Below, one piece after another: positions 35,601 through 44,415 of a stretch of 64,000 nt of DNA. Where the stretch lies: assembly GCA_014799575.1 (NCBI GenBank), contig JAAVHS010000015.1, positions 220,382-284,381 of the forward strand, read 5' to 3'. A program made the position numbers and the translations under genes. This stretch comes from Clostridiales bacterium (lineage in GTDB: Bacteria; Bacillota; Clostridia; Christensenellales; UBA3700). Numbering within the stretch: position 1 is the first letter of the stretch; every line of letters starts with the position of its first letter. The notes below the pieces were generated by a model. That model was given only the letters and a program-made list of their open reading frames with translations, was not told where the DNA came from and ran no database searches.

Positions 35601-38535
35601 AGAAGCTTATTACTACTTTATACGAACCTACGTAATCTCCGTTCTCATCTATTTGAGATACGTTGGTTGCGTCATAGTTTTCTGTGTCGTCCATTCCGTA
35701 AACGTCAACTTGGAGCATAACCAAATCTACTTCTTCGACGTTGTAGAAGAAGAATGCCCAGTTGTTGGCGTCCATCTCCTGTTGAGTGGTGTAGTTTACG
35801 CCGCTACCATAGGAAATAATCTGCTCGCTGCCGTTGTATTCAAGATTTACGCGATACACGTTGTTGTCTCTATCCTCGCTCACGTAAGTATTGCGGTCAA
35901 TCTTTGTCGTTCTTTTTGTGATATGAAGTTTTTTATACTCCGTGTCTTGAGCAATTGTGTAATTTTGATTGCTCAACGAAACGGCGCGTACAAGGTAATA
36001 GCCCACGTCTACTGCGCTTTGCACTTGATTTTCGGCGTTGAACGCATACGTTGCGTCGGTAGCGTAATATTCAAGAGTAGCCGTAACGTCTGCGTCGCCT
36101 GCGACGATGTCGCCGCTGGCTACCGCGCCGCTATACGTGATTGACGAACCTTGATATTCAACTGCGCGGCCGCCGTTGCTTTCATTTGTGAAAGACAACG
36201 CTTTGCCTGTTATCGTATTTCTAGTAGGTTCGCTGATAACGGGAGTTACCGTCTTGGGCACTATTTGTTGCACAATTCTCGGTTGCCATTCAAAGCTCTT
36301 TACTCCTGCCGCGTCAACGTGAGAGTAACCTTCGTGCGCATCAGCGTAATCCTTAAAGTTCCAGTCGTCTTGAACGTACGCAACGAGGTGGTATGCAGTA
36401 TCAAGCAAGTGGATATTGCTATAATCTATTCCGTCTACGTTTTCAAGATAAAGGAAAGTGGTATAAGTTCCGACTTCCTTCATTCCGGAAGCGGATTCGA
36501 GATTCATTGCGCTATCCTTCAAAGTCTTCCAATAAGAGCGGTCTGTCGCAGGTATCGTCCTTATGTAGCCCGAGGAAAGATTTGATTCGGTATAAAGCTG
36601 AATTTCGGGAACTTGCAAAAAGCTTCCGTATTCTATATCGGGAGCGATAACCGTCTCGTCACCCGTAACGATTTGCTTACCGTTGAGCACTTTTTTAAGA
36701 TATACCGCGCGACCTAAATCGTAGGTGAAATTTACAGTAGTGTAATTACCTCTTCTAAGAGACGTATACGTAACGTTGTAATTCTTTCTTGCTTCTTCGA
36801 AATTTACGCTTTTCTCGAAATACGTATTGCTCAAACTTTCGCCTACCGTGCCGTCTGCTCTACGCTTTTCGACCGAATCAGACCAAAGAATATGTTTATC
36901 GTCTTGAACGTCTACTACTATAACAAGGTCGCCCTTATTGTTGGAGTCGGAAGAGCCTATCCAAGTCGCGTACGCTTCTTCCAAAGGAGCGGTACCTGTC
37001 ACAATATTGTTCGAAACGTTACCCTCTTTACGACGGTTGATATTTATCACGTTTACCGAATCTCTTCTCGGATTAGGATTGTCGCCCGTTTTTGTAGCGA
37101 AAGAGTGTCCTATCGCATAACTGCTAATGCTTTCATAAGAAGCGTTGGTATTGTATATATTCGATACGGTTTCGTCGTTTGACGGTTCGCAATTTGAAAA
37201 TGCGTTGCCGTCTCTCGTCTTCATGACGCCCGACATACCGACAAGCAAACTTTGCAAAGACGCGTCGCCGGCTTGTCTATTCGGCGCAACGTTTGCCCAA
37301 CCGTAATGGTACTTAGCAACGCCGGTCCAGCTATTGATAATACCGTCGATTCTTCCCGCCGTGTTGGTACCCGAAACTACGTCCTTTCCTTTTACGTTTC
37401 CGCTAGAATTGTAGGCTCTGGAGCAGTTGCCGACAGCAATACCGGACAGTCCGTAAACGTTGTTCGAACCGGTATTGAAAGCCGCTTCAACAGTACCCGT
37501 ACCTTTTGTAGCGAGGTTGTAAGCAGTGGAACCTGCTCCCATCCAACCTGCTATACCGCCGAGGAATACGCAAGCGTTGTCGCTGTCGCTACTGCCGCCT
37601 CTGGTCTTCGCGCTGGCGAACAAAAGGCTGGAGCCGACAAGATTTACGGAAGAGTTGGATATCGTAGCGCTTGAACCCGCCAACATTCCTGCAAATCCGC
37701 CCAAAGCGACCGAATTGTCGCCCATTGCCGTAGTTCTATCTTCAAATTCCTTATATACTCTGAAAGAAGCGCCGTTCTCCATCGTAAGGCTGCAATTGTC
37801 AATCTTGCCGTTGCAATAACCGGAGATAAGACCCGCCGTACCGCCTTCCATAGAGTTCAAAGTTCCGCTGAATTGACTTCTGTAAACGAAGTTGGTATTC
37901 TTAATCGTCGACGAACCCGAAACGTAACCTATAAACGCGCCGCAAACGTCTGCGTTATTATTGTAAACGCTTTCAGTGGTAAGAAAAGTGTCGCCGGAAC
38001 TGCCCAAATTCGAAATATCTACCCAAGGCGTTATGTTTCTGATGTTGACGTCGTTACCGCTTGCGGTAAGTACGATTTGCTTGCCCGCACCGTCGAAAGT
38101 GCTGTTGTTGGGCATCAATTTGGCAGTCAAATTGCCGTCCCAACTGAAGTTTATCGAGTTCTTGTCTGCATTCTCTTCAAGATAGAGATAACCCGTCGTT
38201 GCGGTGACGCCGTCGTACGTTGTCCACGCGCCGTTTTCCCATCTCTCAACGGTTTTATTTCCTTCCAAGAAAGCTTTAATATCAGCCTCCGTTCTCAAAG
38301 GCGCGGAATTTACGTTCGCATACTCCGTCTTCGGGTCGTACGTACTCGAAACGTGACCGTTGACCATCAAGCCGTCTACGTAACCCGCTCCTCCGGAAAT
38401 CGCTTCTCTTACGGACGCTCCGTCCGCTGCTTCTATGCTTGTTGCGCTCATACCCAAGACCAAAACAACGACAAACATAATTGCCACTATCACGGCTTGT
38501 ATTGCTATAAGCGCCTTTTTCCTAGCATTAGACAT
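32059..38535 (-). CDS. Giant tail-anchored surface protein 3 (~2158 aa): signal peptide, GLUG-like glycine-motif head, MBG-like/Ig-like repeats, TM anchor, then an appended lipoprotein-like unit
   Basis: Uninterrupted ORF. ATG at 38535 lies 7 nt after GGAGGG (the track start at 38550 overlaps the previous stop as TAATG). Signal with IEA|ADG. Motifs TFDGAGKQIVL, ALGGFAGMLAG, FLGGIAGWMG. MBG-like unit ITYGDELPTPTYEIEGDGFMSGD...VGTYNLSV...NYNVV at about aa 1365-1460. TM helix LGLGAIGLMLGVVA plus KKRKEDE at aa 1954-1982. Confidence 0.85.
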   Translation of the reverse strand: MSNARKKALIAIQAVIVAIMFVVVLVLGMSATSIEAADGASVREAISGGAGYVDGLMVNGHVSSTYDPKTEYANVNSAPLRTEADIKAFLEGNKTVERWENGAWTTYDGVTATTGYLYLEENADKNSINFSWDGNLTAKLMPNNSTFDGAGKQIVLTASGNDVNIRNITPWVDISNLGSSGDTFLTTESVYNNNADVCGAFIGYVSGSSTIKNTNFVYRSQFSGTLNSMEGGTAGLISGYCNGKIDNCSLTMENGASFRVYKEFEDRTTAMGDNSVALGGFAGMLAGSSATISNSSVNLVGSSLLFASAKTRGGSSDSDNACVFLGGIAGWMGAGSTAYNLATKGTGTVEAAFNTGSNNVYGLSGIAVGNCSRAYNSSGNVKGKDVVSGTNTAGRIDGIINSWTGVAKYHYGWANVAPNRQAGDASLQSLLVGMSGVMKTRDGNAFSNCEPSNDETVSNIYNTNASYESISSYAIGHSFATKTGDNPNPRRDSVNVININRRKEGNVSNNIVTGTAPLEEAYATWIGSSDSNNKGDLVIVVDVQDDKHILWSDSVEKRRADGTVGESLSNTYFEKSVNFEEARKNYNVTYTSLRRGNYTTVNFTYDLGRAVYLKKVLNGKQIVTGDETVIAPDIEYGSFLQVPEIQLYTESNLSSGYIRTIPATDRSYWKTLKDSAMNLESASGMKEVGTYTTFLYLENVDGIDYSNIHLLDTAYHLVAYVQDDWNFKDYADAHEGYSHVDAAGVKSFEWQPRIVQQIVPKTVTPVISEPTRNTITGKALSFTNESNGGRAVEYQGSSITYSGAVASGDIVAGDADVTATLEYYATDATYAFNAENQVQSAVDVGYYLVRAVSLSNQNYTIAQDTEYKKLHITKRTTKIDRNTYVSEDRDNNVYRVNLEYNGSEQIISYGSGVNYTTQQEMDANNWAFFFYNVEEVDLVMLQVDVYGMDDTENYDATNVSQIDENGDYVGSYKVVISFSDGTASDNYNLPNITTFIVTILPAEIDFETPEQTEFFYGDIMPEEEGPYAYAIAKDGVTRVEPTRATYEQRINGNWIDLESLPSTVGHYRITYYIENESNANYLDSSRAYEIDIVQRSVTFRVTPNQQVEYTFGRSIQPGSGSFERFNSTLDTGLSVEHGRYNQVTYRYQRIGDPIDPNLPNPTPESVYPDYERLSDLDEIYALPSEIWDIGCYIVYPMLLLSCGQDHSQDHEAGYIHYVYNEYNRDVYNNYTFELRTSYVNVQKLEVKVQLKNIHKEYSKEVNWLSFAANATDANRAWSYSGNSNAYFRAEDNIILPLTTTANTSSQVGEEIPILADLNAVTGSGVNGDTSFDKANNYTVTITNSVDSNISQRCSYVIVEKLTVNVRTYLDVREITYGDELPTPTYEIEGDGFMSGDHMQENWVYTLEGEIVEGQPKNVGTYNLSVEFDTLNPDAIANYNVVINGSALLIINPKAIGIKDFEVVGDSDDPNVTVSTYVYNGSHRHPKVNITFEDDAVVEGDNISVEFNFYDERGNIVNEPQNVGTYIARIEGNKVSNVVNGVVTGTNENYVLKDVDYSEFDDAIVTITPRPITVAVNDAIRVYHIPGSLKAVKAGTDLNDRDYIDDGQLPYTLAGSFVAADNISYRLYVEESDFVDVANQTYDNVVRIEFIGDAIDAGNYDIKYTWGTLLVIDANFNEIENYLFVTFDGKRIGRDIDAKEVVYTGENLFSRFDFYVYDEAVKEVISIRFTDADGNDVNGEIRNAGTYKMVLKGDGETFSGEHTLTFTVNRAVRNLTAADIKMEVHYDRLVFSSDIAGLEYSVNSADGDDSFEPADSNKSYVYTNVDPLNNYYIKIRVTRMETSENFDPNYYESNVLELFVRTGIDAKDLATRINAIKTVTFSNLSAYRELKERINNVHADDMSLLDTNHIAALDASLEKLLSDATAAIAGAQNVAAKAVGKSNNSTSATAMALSSASLGLGAIGLMLGVVAKKRKEDEAVQEERKAKKVSGKKNAKRILSVIAIMLVGVMTVMAFVGCNDNAMKQEDILNLASFKEDSGEKSREYEITVSYGSTIVYRNENGVETSDANVNAPSFALGANGSGLDFNADYFENIAFVTSKTTATFNADVKDVSSFLGIANATNASVSVVANVDPKRLTSIEIEYYVDGFKTQIITTLTY

Positions 38536-38549
38536 AATCTTTCCCTCCA

Positions 38550-41500
38550 TTAGTCTATCACCTCATTTTTCTTTCTGTTGTTGACGACTATCACAGACGT
38601 AACTATCGCCGCTACCATTACCAATACGGTTACCACAACTGCGAGGATACCCCATACGGTAAGGTTCTTTTCATTGATATTTCCTACTGCCAAATCCCAA
38701 TGGAAGTCTACGTAGTAATTATTGCCGACGTCAAGTTCGACAGTATACTTACCGTCAGGAATAACGTTGCTCGAATTCGGAGTAACGATTTCGCCCTTTT
38801 CGTTTCTGAACTTAAGGTCAACGAAAACGGTTTCTCCGTCATTCGTAATATACCATCCGAAATACACGTCTTTGTCTATTTCCATTCCGCTTGGAAGTTT
38901 GCCGTCCAAAGTTATGTACGCTTCTTTCGCCTCAATTTTGACAGCGTTGATTACGATAAACGTATCGAGAGTCAAGTCTTCGTGGTTTGCAACCTGAATG
39001 GTTACTTTTCCGGCGTAGTTGCCTGCGTTGATTGCGTAGGTGTTGCCCTCTTCATCGACGTTATTGTAAGCGCTTATCAAGACTTTCAAACCGCTGTAAT
39101 AGTATTCGTCGTTTAACGTATCAAAGCCTTTGAAAGTAACGTAATGGCTTTCTCCGTCGTAAGTTACCGCCACAGGAATAGCCGTAATACCTTCAATCTT
39201 CGCTCTTTTGATAGTGACTTTAGCCTCTATGGTCTTAGTCTCGAAGCCCTCTTGCGAGATGCGCATAGTAACCGTATGCTCGCCTGCGGTGCTGATTGAG
39301 AATTCGCTGAGGCTGTCATACCACTCAAAAACTCTATCATACGTATACTCAACTTTTGCCGACGGGTAAGCGCCAAGACCGACAGGAGAGAGTTTTTTCG
39401 TGAAATCGGAGCCGTCGTACGTTCCTTCTACGTCCTCAAACGCAATGTTATTGAAGATTGCGGGAGTAATACGCATAGTCACCGACATAGAGCAAGCCTC
39501 GTGGCTGTCGTCGCCGAGATACTCGATGAGGAATAGGTAACTACCCATATCGGTATACCAACCTTTGCCGGCAACGCCCTCTTCGATATCTACCCAAATA
39601 TTGTACTGATTGTCGCGGTATTTAATATTGATTAGAGAATAATCAGGCTCGTTGTAATCCCACAACAATTCTTTGTCTCCGCCGATAGAGTTGACCGTCA
39701 TCTCCGCCTTAATCAAGTCGTAGGTGCGCTCAATAGCAAGTTGGGTGTCATCGTCGACTTCGTATGGATAAGATACCGGTTTGGCGATTTTAATCTCGGT
39801 GGTAGCCTTGACGATTTGCATATCGCCGCTGTACTCGTTAGCAATGAAAGACGGATTGCCTTGGAAGAATACTTCTACGTGATACAAACCTACTTGCGAA
39901 GGCTTTCCCTCCATTGGGCTTTCTCTATCCCACGTATTACCGCTAATCTTGCCGGAAGTCGCATCATACTTAGCGCCTTCAAAATACGGATAGTAGGTAT
40001 ACGTGAGTTCGCTCTTATTGAAGAGATTCGAGGAAATGCCCGAAGGAATACCTGCGTTATACTCGATACCGTTTCCGCCGTTGTACTCGACTACGTTGAC
40101 GCCCATTGCAAGATTGAGTTTTCCTTGAACAATCTTGAAGTTGAGCATAAGCGCACCGTCTAAGTAATTCGCGTCGCTTATCGCATAGTTCGAATCTAAG
40201 ATAGATACGACGATACGGTACGTACCACTTTCAAAGATAGGCGCATTGTCGATTGTCTCTTTAGGTTCATTATTGTCGTCGTTCATCCACAACAACTTGA
40301 CGTCTGCGCTTTGCGTCTTGCCGTTGATGTCTTCGTACGTAGCCGTAAAGGAATGATCCGTACCTGCGCTGATAGTCGACGGAATATCGATTTTACCGTC
40401 AAACTTAACTTCAACGTAAACAGGCAACGCTTGGATTTCAACTTGCATTGATGCTACTCTCAAATCCATATTAGCCTTGTCGTAGTTGATTGCCTCACCC
40501 AAGCAGTCGTACGTGCCGATAGGCGCAACCGATTGCGCGGTAGAAGTAAGTTGAATATCAATAACTTCTTTAAGTCCCGGAATGTACGCTTGAACCGTTG
40601 CGGGAACTTTCTGTCCGTAATAATAAGTCTGCGACAATCCTTTGACTACGTCGCTATTGCTCAACGCGATGTCATACCTGAGCTTATTGATGTTTCTATT
40701 TTCAATGACTCTTGTAGAAGAGACGAACTTGTCTCCGACAATCTCATAGTCGTCGGTAAAATCAATGTTCTTATCGCCGTTTGCATCTACGAAGTCAGCG
40801 AAATACAAATTGTATTTTTCCGAAACGTCTTCCTCTTTATCCGTTCCCCAATTTGTTACGACTTCGGCAAGAGATACGATAATTCTTACCTTTCCTGCAT
40901 TTACAGAGTCATATTTGAGGTTTACCTTTATTGTAGCGTCGATATCTTGCGGACGGGCAATGTATGCAAGCGAGTAGAGTACGCCGACTCCGTTCTCGTC
41001 TACAAACTTTTGAACGTCCTCTTTCTCTTCCGAACCGAACTTAACGGGAACTATGAATTCAACGTTTGCTCTAAACTCGTCAGTGCCGTCGTAAGACTTG
41101 TCTAAGAAAGCTGCAAGTTCATTTGCGCTCAAATTCTTCATCAAGTCAGCCAAGGATCTTCCGTCATACTCTCCGCCCGATACTTTCACGCCGTTGAGAG
41201 CCTTGTTGACGTAAATGCTTGCGACTTTATAGTTGATGTAGTACTTGCCGACGAACGCATCGTTCTCGTTCGTCAATTCAACGTCGTTGTAAAGACCGTA
41301 GACGTTGACCATTTTCATTTTGAAGTCTGCTCCGCCTCTTTGCGCGTCGCCCATATTCCAGTTGATACGGAAAGAATATGCGTTGGAGCTGTTGATAATA
41401 AACTTATTGTCGGTATTCGCGCCTGCTGAGTTTTGAGCCATAGCGTCTTCCCAAATATCGTTGCCGTTGGCGTCTTTTTGCCAGCTGTATTGCAACTGCC

Positions 41501-44393
41501 AATCGGAACAACCGACCGTAGTATTAAATCTTATTATCGCGCCTTGCGTAGAATAGCCGTATGCGTTCGTATTATAAGTAACGTTGGACAAATCCATAGA
41601 CGGCGCTGTCGTCATATAGTCTACGTTGGCTTGCAACTTAACTTCAAGAATATTACCGACGTTGTCCTGATAACTGATAACGTATTCGGTATTTCTGCTC
41701 AAAGTAACTTCGACGTCGTAACTTCCGTCTGCCTTGAGAGTATTGTTGATTGATATACCTTTTTCTTTCAACGAACTCGGAGCCGATCTAATACCGCTCT
41801 TCGTGTCGATGACGTTGTATCTGGCAACGACTCTTTCTCTACGCCAAGTGCTGAGTTCGGACTCGGAAATCAACGTTTCTCTACCGCTGGCAGCCTTTGA
41901 GTAATACGTGATTTCGCCTATTTCGGGAAGTTCGTTGTCTATCTTGACGAGTTTGTCGTCAGCCGTCTTCGTTCTAGCGACTTCAATGTCCTTGCCGGTA
42001 GCAGGGTCGACCGCGTATGCGATAAAGGAGTATTTCATACCGTTCTTACCGGTAGAATCCGTAACCGTAACGTACGCGCTAGCGCCGATTTTGTCAAAAT
42101 TACAATTTTGAACTTTACCGTTGCTAAAAGACTTAATCGTATCAAAGTCGTCCGCGCTCGTCATCATAAGTTCAAAGTATGCGCTGTTGCTCCAACCGTT
42201 CTCAACAACCGTGTTTGCGCCGTAATTCAATTCGCCGACGGTAATCGTATATACGTAATCGTTGGTCTGAGCCCATGCTGCGATATTTTGGTCTTCGCTG
42301 TAATAGCCCATAGGATAGAAGGTCTGCTCCTCCGCCTGAACGTTCATTCTGTAGTTGCCGGGTAAAGCCGTACCGGTTATATCCGTAACCGCGCCGTTTC
42401 TGGTAATGGTCCATTCGCTGTCTTTGTATTCTTCTATAACTCCACCCAAAGCGGAAACAACTCTAGGTTTGTTGAGTATTGCGTTCTTACCTTGATAACG
42501 TCTTGTATTCGAATCGCCGTTGGTATTTTCGAAACTAATCGTAGTGATTTGACCGAAAGTATACTCGTATTCGCCTGTGGTTCTCGAGCTGATAGACGTC
42601 TTCTCCGCATATACGGGAGCGCCGCTTTGGAGATTTATACGGTCTGTACCGCCGCCGTTTGTCGCTCTCCAAATTATGCCGCCCGTCTCTCCTTGCTCGA
42701 ATTCGTAAGACACGTTAGCGCCTGCTTCCGCGGCCAAATCTTCGTCGGTGACGTCCGCGCCGTCTGCAATAGCGATAGCTGAAATGTTTTCTCCGTCCAA
42801 TCTGACTTTTACTTCTCCGCCTTCATTCGTCGGATATATTGACGCCCAAGACGTCGATTGTTCCGAGCGGGCGTAGTCAAGATATTTGTTGTCCATATAC
42901 TGGCCGTCGAGGCCGAGTACCGTCAAGTTGTTGAGGGATTCTCTAAGCGAAGTGAGGTTGTAAAGCACTACGCTCTGTTGCGCGTTTTCGCCGACCGTGC
43001 CGAATATTTGTCCGTATGACTGAGTATCGACATTTAGATAATTTGCTTGCGCAATACCCGTCCAGTCGGAGACTATTCCCATAATCTGTCCGTTATCGAC
43101 GTTGTGATTACTCTTGTTGGTCGACTCGTTCAACACGGAGTCGCCGTTGTCGTCGCCGTTCACGATATCAAGGCATGCACCTATCGCTCCGCCTGCATAC
43201 GCGAAGAAACCTTTTCTATACGAGGCAGCGTTATTACCTCTACCTGAACCCAACGCGCAGTACGCTTTGACTTTACCGCCGCCCGAAACTACGCTGTATT
43301 GCACTATTGCGCCGACTAGGTCAGCGGATAATTGAGAACTTCTCGTCGCTTGGTCTATTCTGCCGACAAGTCCGCCCGCTACCGAAAGAGTGTAAGAGTT
43401 GTCCAATATACTTGTTGCCCTACCTGCAGTTCCCGCATACACGCCTGCGCTATCGAGAATATCTATTTGACAGTTGTTGATAGAGCTGCTTCCGCCCGCT
43501 CTTCCTACAAGACCGCCTGCGAAAGAAAAGTTTTTGTATAGAGTGCCTTCGTTACCGCCGCGGTCAATTATTTTGAACGGGCTTCTGAGATTGAGTCTTA
43601 CGTTGTCAAGTTGACCGCCTCTATCGTTGAAGCCTGCGATTACGCCTCCCGTCGCGCCGATGTTACTGCTGCCGTTGCTTACGAACAAACCGGTAGAGTC
43701 GGTATTGTCTGAACCCGACCAATTTGGGCTTTGACTTTTACCCATGTTGCCTATAGTTGCGGCAATAGAGCCGTGATTTGACTCGTATTCGACGGTAAGG
43801 TTCTTGACTGTACCTCTGTTGACAGCCATAAGGAAACCGGTGTAATAGGAATTCACGCTTGACCCGCCAAAATAGTTGTCCGAGGACGCAACGCCCGAAT
43901 CGGAGGACAAAACGCCCGTGCCGCCCCAAACGCTCAAAGTATAACCGTTGCCGTCAAGCACTCTGGTGAACGTAGCGTTGGAACTTGACTTTGATACGAC
44001 GTATTGATAATCTCTAGACGCGCCGCTTGCATTGGAGTAAGCAAAGCTTACGTCATCGGCAAGATATGCGTGAGAATAAGAGCCGTATCCGCCGTTGAGG
44101 AATTCATAAAGCGTCTGACCGTTGGTAATCTCCAAAATATTGCTTTCCTCAACGTTCAAATACGCGCTTTCCTGAGCCTTGGTTCTATGTTTTCTACCCT
44201 GCTCATCCGCCGTCAAGCCTTCGTCTGTCAAAAGCCCGTGATTGCTCACGTAAGTCGCTCTAAATACGTCTCCTGCGGCATTTGCAGTAGGCATAGGCTT
44301 GTTTAAGAAACACGCCAGCGCTATCGCGAGCGCTACTATAAGTAACACTGCGATAGATGCCGTAATGGTTTTTTTCATAATCTTTCCATTCAT
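38550..44393 (-). CDS. Giant tail-anchored surface protein 2 (1947 aa): signal peptide, GLUG-like head, MBG/Ig-like repeats, C-terminal TM anchor
   Basis: Signal/anchor ITASIAVLLIVALAIALACFL with ANA|AGD. Motifs LDGNGYTLSV, FAGGLVGRAGG, VAGGLVGRIDQ, YAGGAIGAC. Repeated ...TYDG...Y.V... units. C-terminal helix WGILAVVVTVLVMVAAIVTSVIVV plus NNRKKNEVID. An alternative start is ATG at 44378. Confidence 0.85.
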   Translation of the reverse strand: MNGKIMKKTITASIAVLLIVALAIALACFLNKPMPTANAAGDVFRATYVSNHGLLTDEGLTADEQGRKHRTKAQESAYLNVEESNILEITNGQTLYEFLNGGYGSYSHAYLADDVSFAYSNASGASRDYQYVVSKSSSNATFTRVLDGNGYTLSVWGGTGVLSSDSGVASSDNYFGGSSVNSYYTGFLMAVNRGTVKNLTVEYESNHGSIAATIGNMGKSQSPNWSGSDNTDSTGLFVSNGSSNIGATGGVIAGFNDRGGQLDNVRLNLRSPFKIIDRGGNEGTLYKNFSFAGGLVGRAGGSSSINNCQIDILDSAGVYAGTAGRATSILDNSYTLSVAGGLVGRIDQATRSSQLSADLVGAIVQYSVVSGGGKVKAYCALGSGRGNNAASYRKGFFAYAGGAIGACLDIVNGDDNGDSVLNESTNKSNHNVDNGQIMGIVSDWTGIAQANYLNVDTQSYGQIFGTVGENAQQSVVLYNLTSLRESLNNLTVLGLDGQYMDNKYLDYARSEQSTSWASIYPTNEGGEVKVRLDGENISAIAIADGADVTDEDLAAEAGANVSYEFEQGETGGIIWRATNGGGTDRINLQSGAPVYAEKTSISSRTTGEYEYTFGQITTISFENTNGDSNTRRYQGKNAILNKPRVVSALGGVIEEYKDSEWTITRNGAVTDITGTALPGNYRMNVQAEEQTFYPMGYYSEDQNIAAWAQTNDYVYTITVGELNYGANTVVENGWSNSAYFELMMTSADDFDTIKSFSNGKVQNCNFDKIGASAYVTVTDSTGKNGMKYSFIAYAVDPATGKDIEVARTKTADDKLVKIDNELPEIGEITYYSKAASGRETLISESELSTWRRERVVARYNVIDTKSGIRSAPSSLKEKGISINNTLKADGSYDVEVTLSRNTEYVISYQDNVGNILEVKLQANVDYMTTAPSMDLSNVTYNTNAYGYSTQGAIIRFNTTVGCSDWQLQYSWQKDANGNDIWEDAMAQNSAGANTDNKFIINSSNAYSFRINWNMGDAQRGGADFKMKMVNVYGLYNDVELTNENDAFVGKYYINYKVASIYVNKALNGVKVSGGEYDGRSLADLMKNLSANELAAFLDKSYDGTDEFRANVEFIVPVKFGSEEKEDVQKFVDENGVGVLYSLAYIARPQDIDATIKVNLKYDSVNAGKVRIIVSLAEVVTNWGTDKEEDVSEKYNLYFADFVDANGDKNIDFTDDYEIVGDKFVSSTRVIENRNINKLRYDIALSNSDVVKGLSQTYYYGQKVPATVQAYIPGLKEVIDIQLTSTAQSVAPIGTYDCLGEAINYDKANMDLRVASMQVEIQALPVYVEVKFDGKIDIPSTISAGTDHSFTATYEDINGKTQSADVKLLWMNDDNNEPKETIDNAPIFESGTYRIVVSILDSNYAISDANYLDGALMLNFKIVQGKLNLAMGVNVVEYNGGNGIEYNAGIPSGISSNLFNKSELTYTYYPYFEGAKYDATSGKISGNTWDRESPMEGKPSQVGLYHVEVFFQGNPSFIANEYSGDMQIVKATTEIKIAKPVSYPYEVDDDTQLAIERTYDLIKAEMTVNSIGGDKELLWDYNEPDYSLINIKYRDNQYNIWVDIEEGVAGKGWYTDMGSYLFLIEYLGDDSHEACSMSVTMRITPAIFNNIAFEDVEGTYDGSDFTKKLSPVGLGAYPSAKVEYTYDRVFEWYDSLSEFSISTAGEHTVTMRISQEGFETKTIEAKVTIKRAKIEGITAIPVAVTYDGESHYVTFKGFDTLNDEYYYSGLKVLISAYNNVDEEGNTYAINAGNYAGKVTIQVANHEDLTLDTFIVINAVKIEAKEAYITLDGKLPSGMEIDKDVYFGWYITNDGETVFVDLKFRNEKGEIVTPNSSNVIPDGKYTVELDVGNNYYVDFHWDLAVGNINEKNLTVWGILAVVVTVLVMVAAIVTSVIVVNNRKKNEVID

Positions 44394-44415
44394 AAGTTTT
44401 GTTATCCCCCCACAA

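Noticed and set aside
38535-38560. The junction of giant genes 2 and 3 read as a single ~4,100-aa gene broken by a nonsense mutation (pseudogene).
   Set aside because: The upstream ORF ends with a complete TM anchor and charged tail. The downstream ORF starts with its own SD (GGAGGG), ATG and signal peptide. The TAATG overlap is a normal coupled-gene junction.
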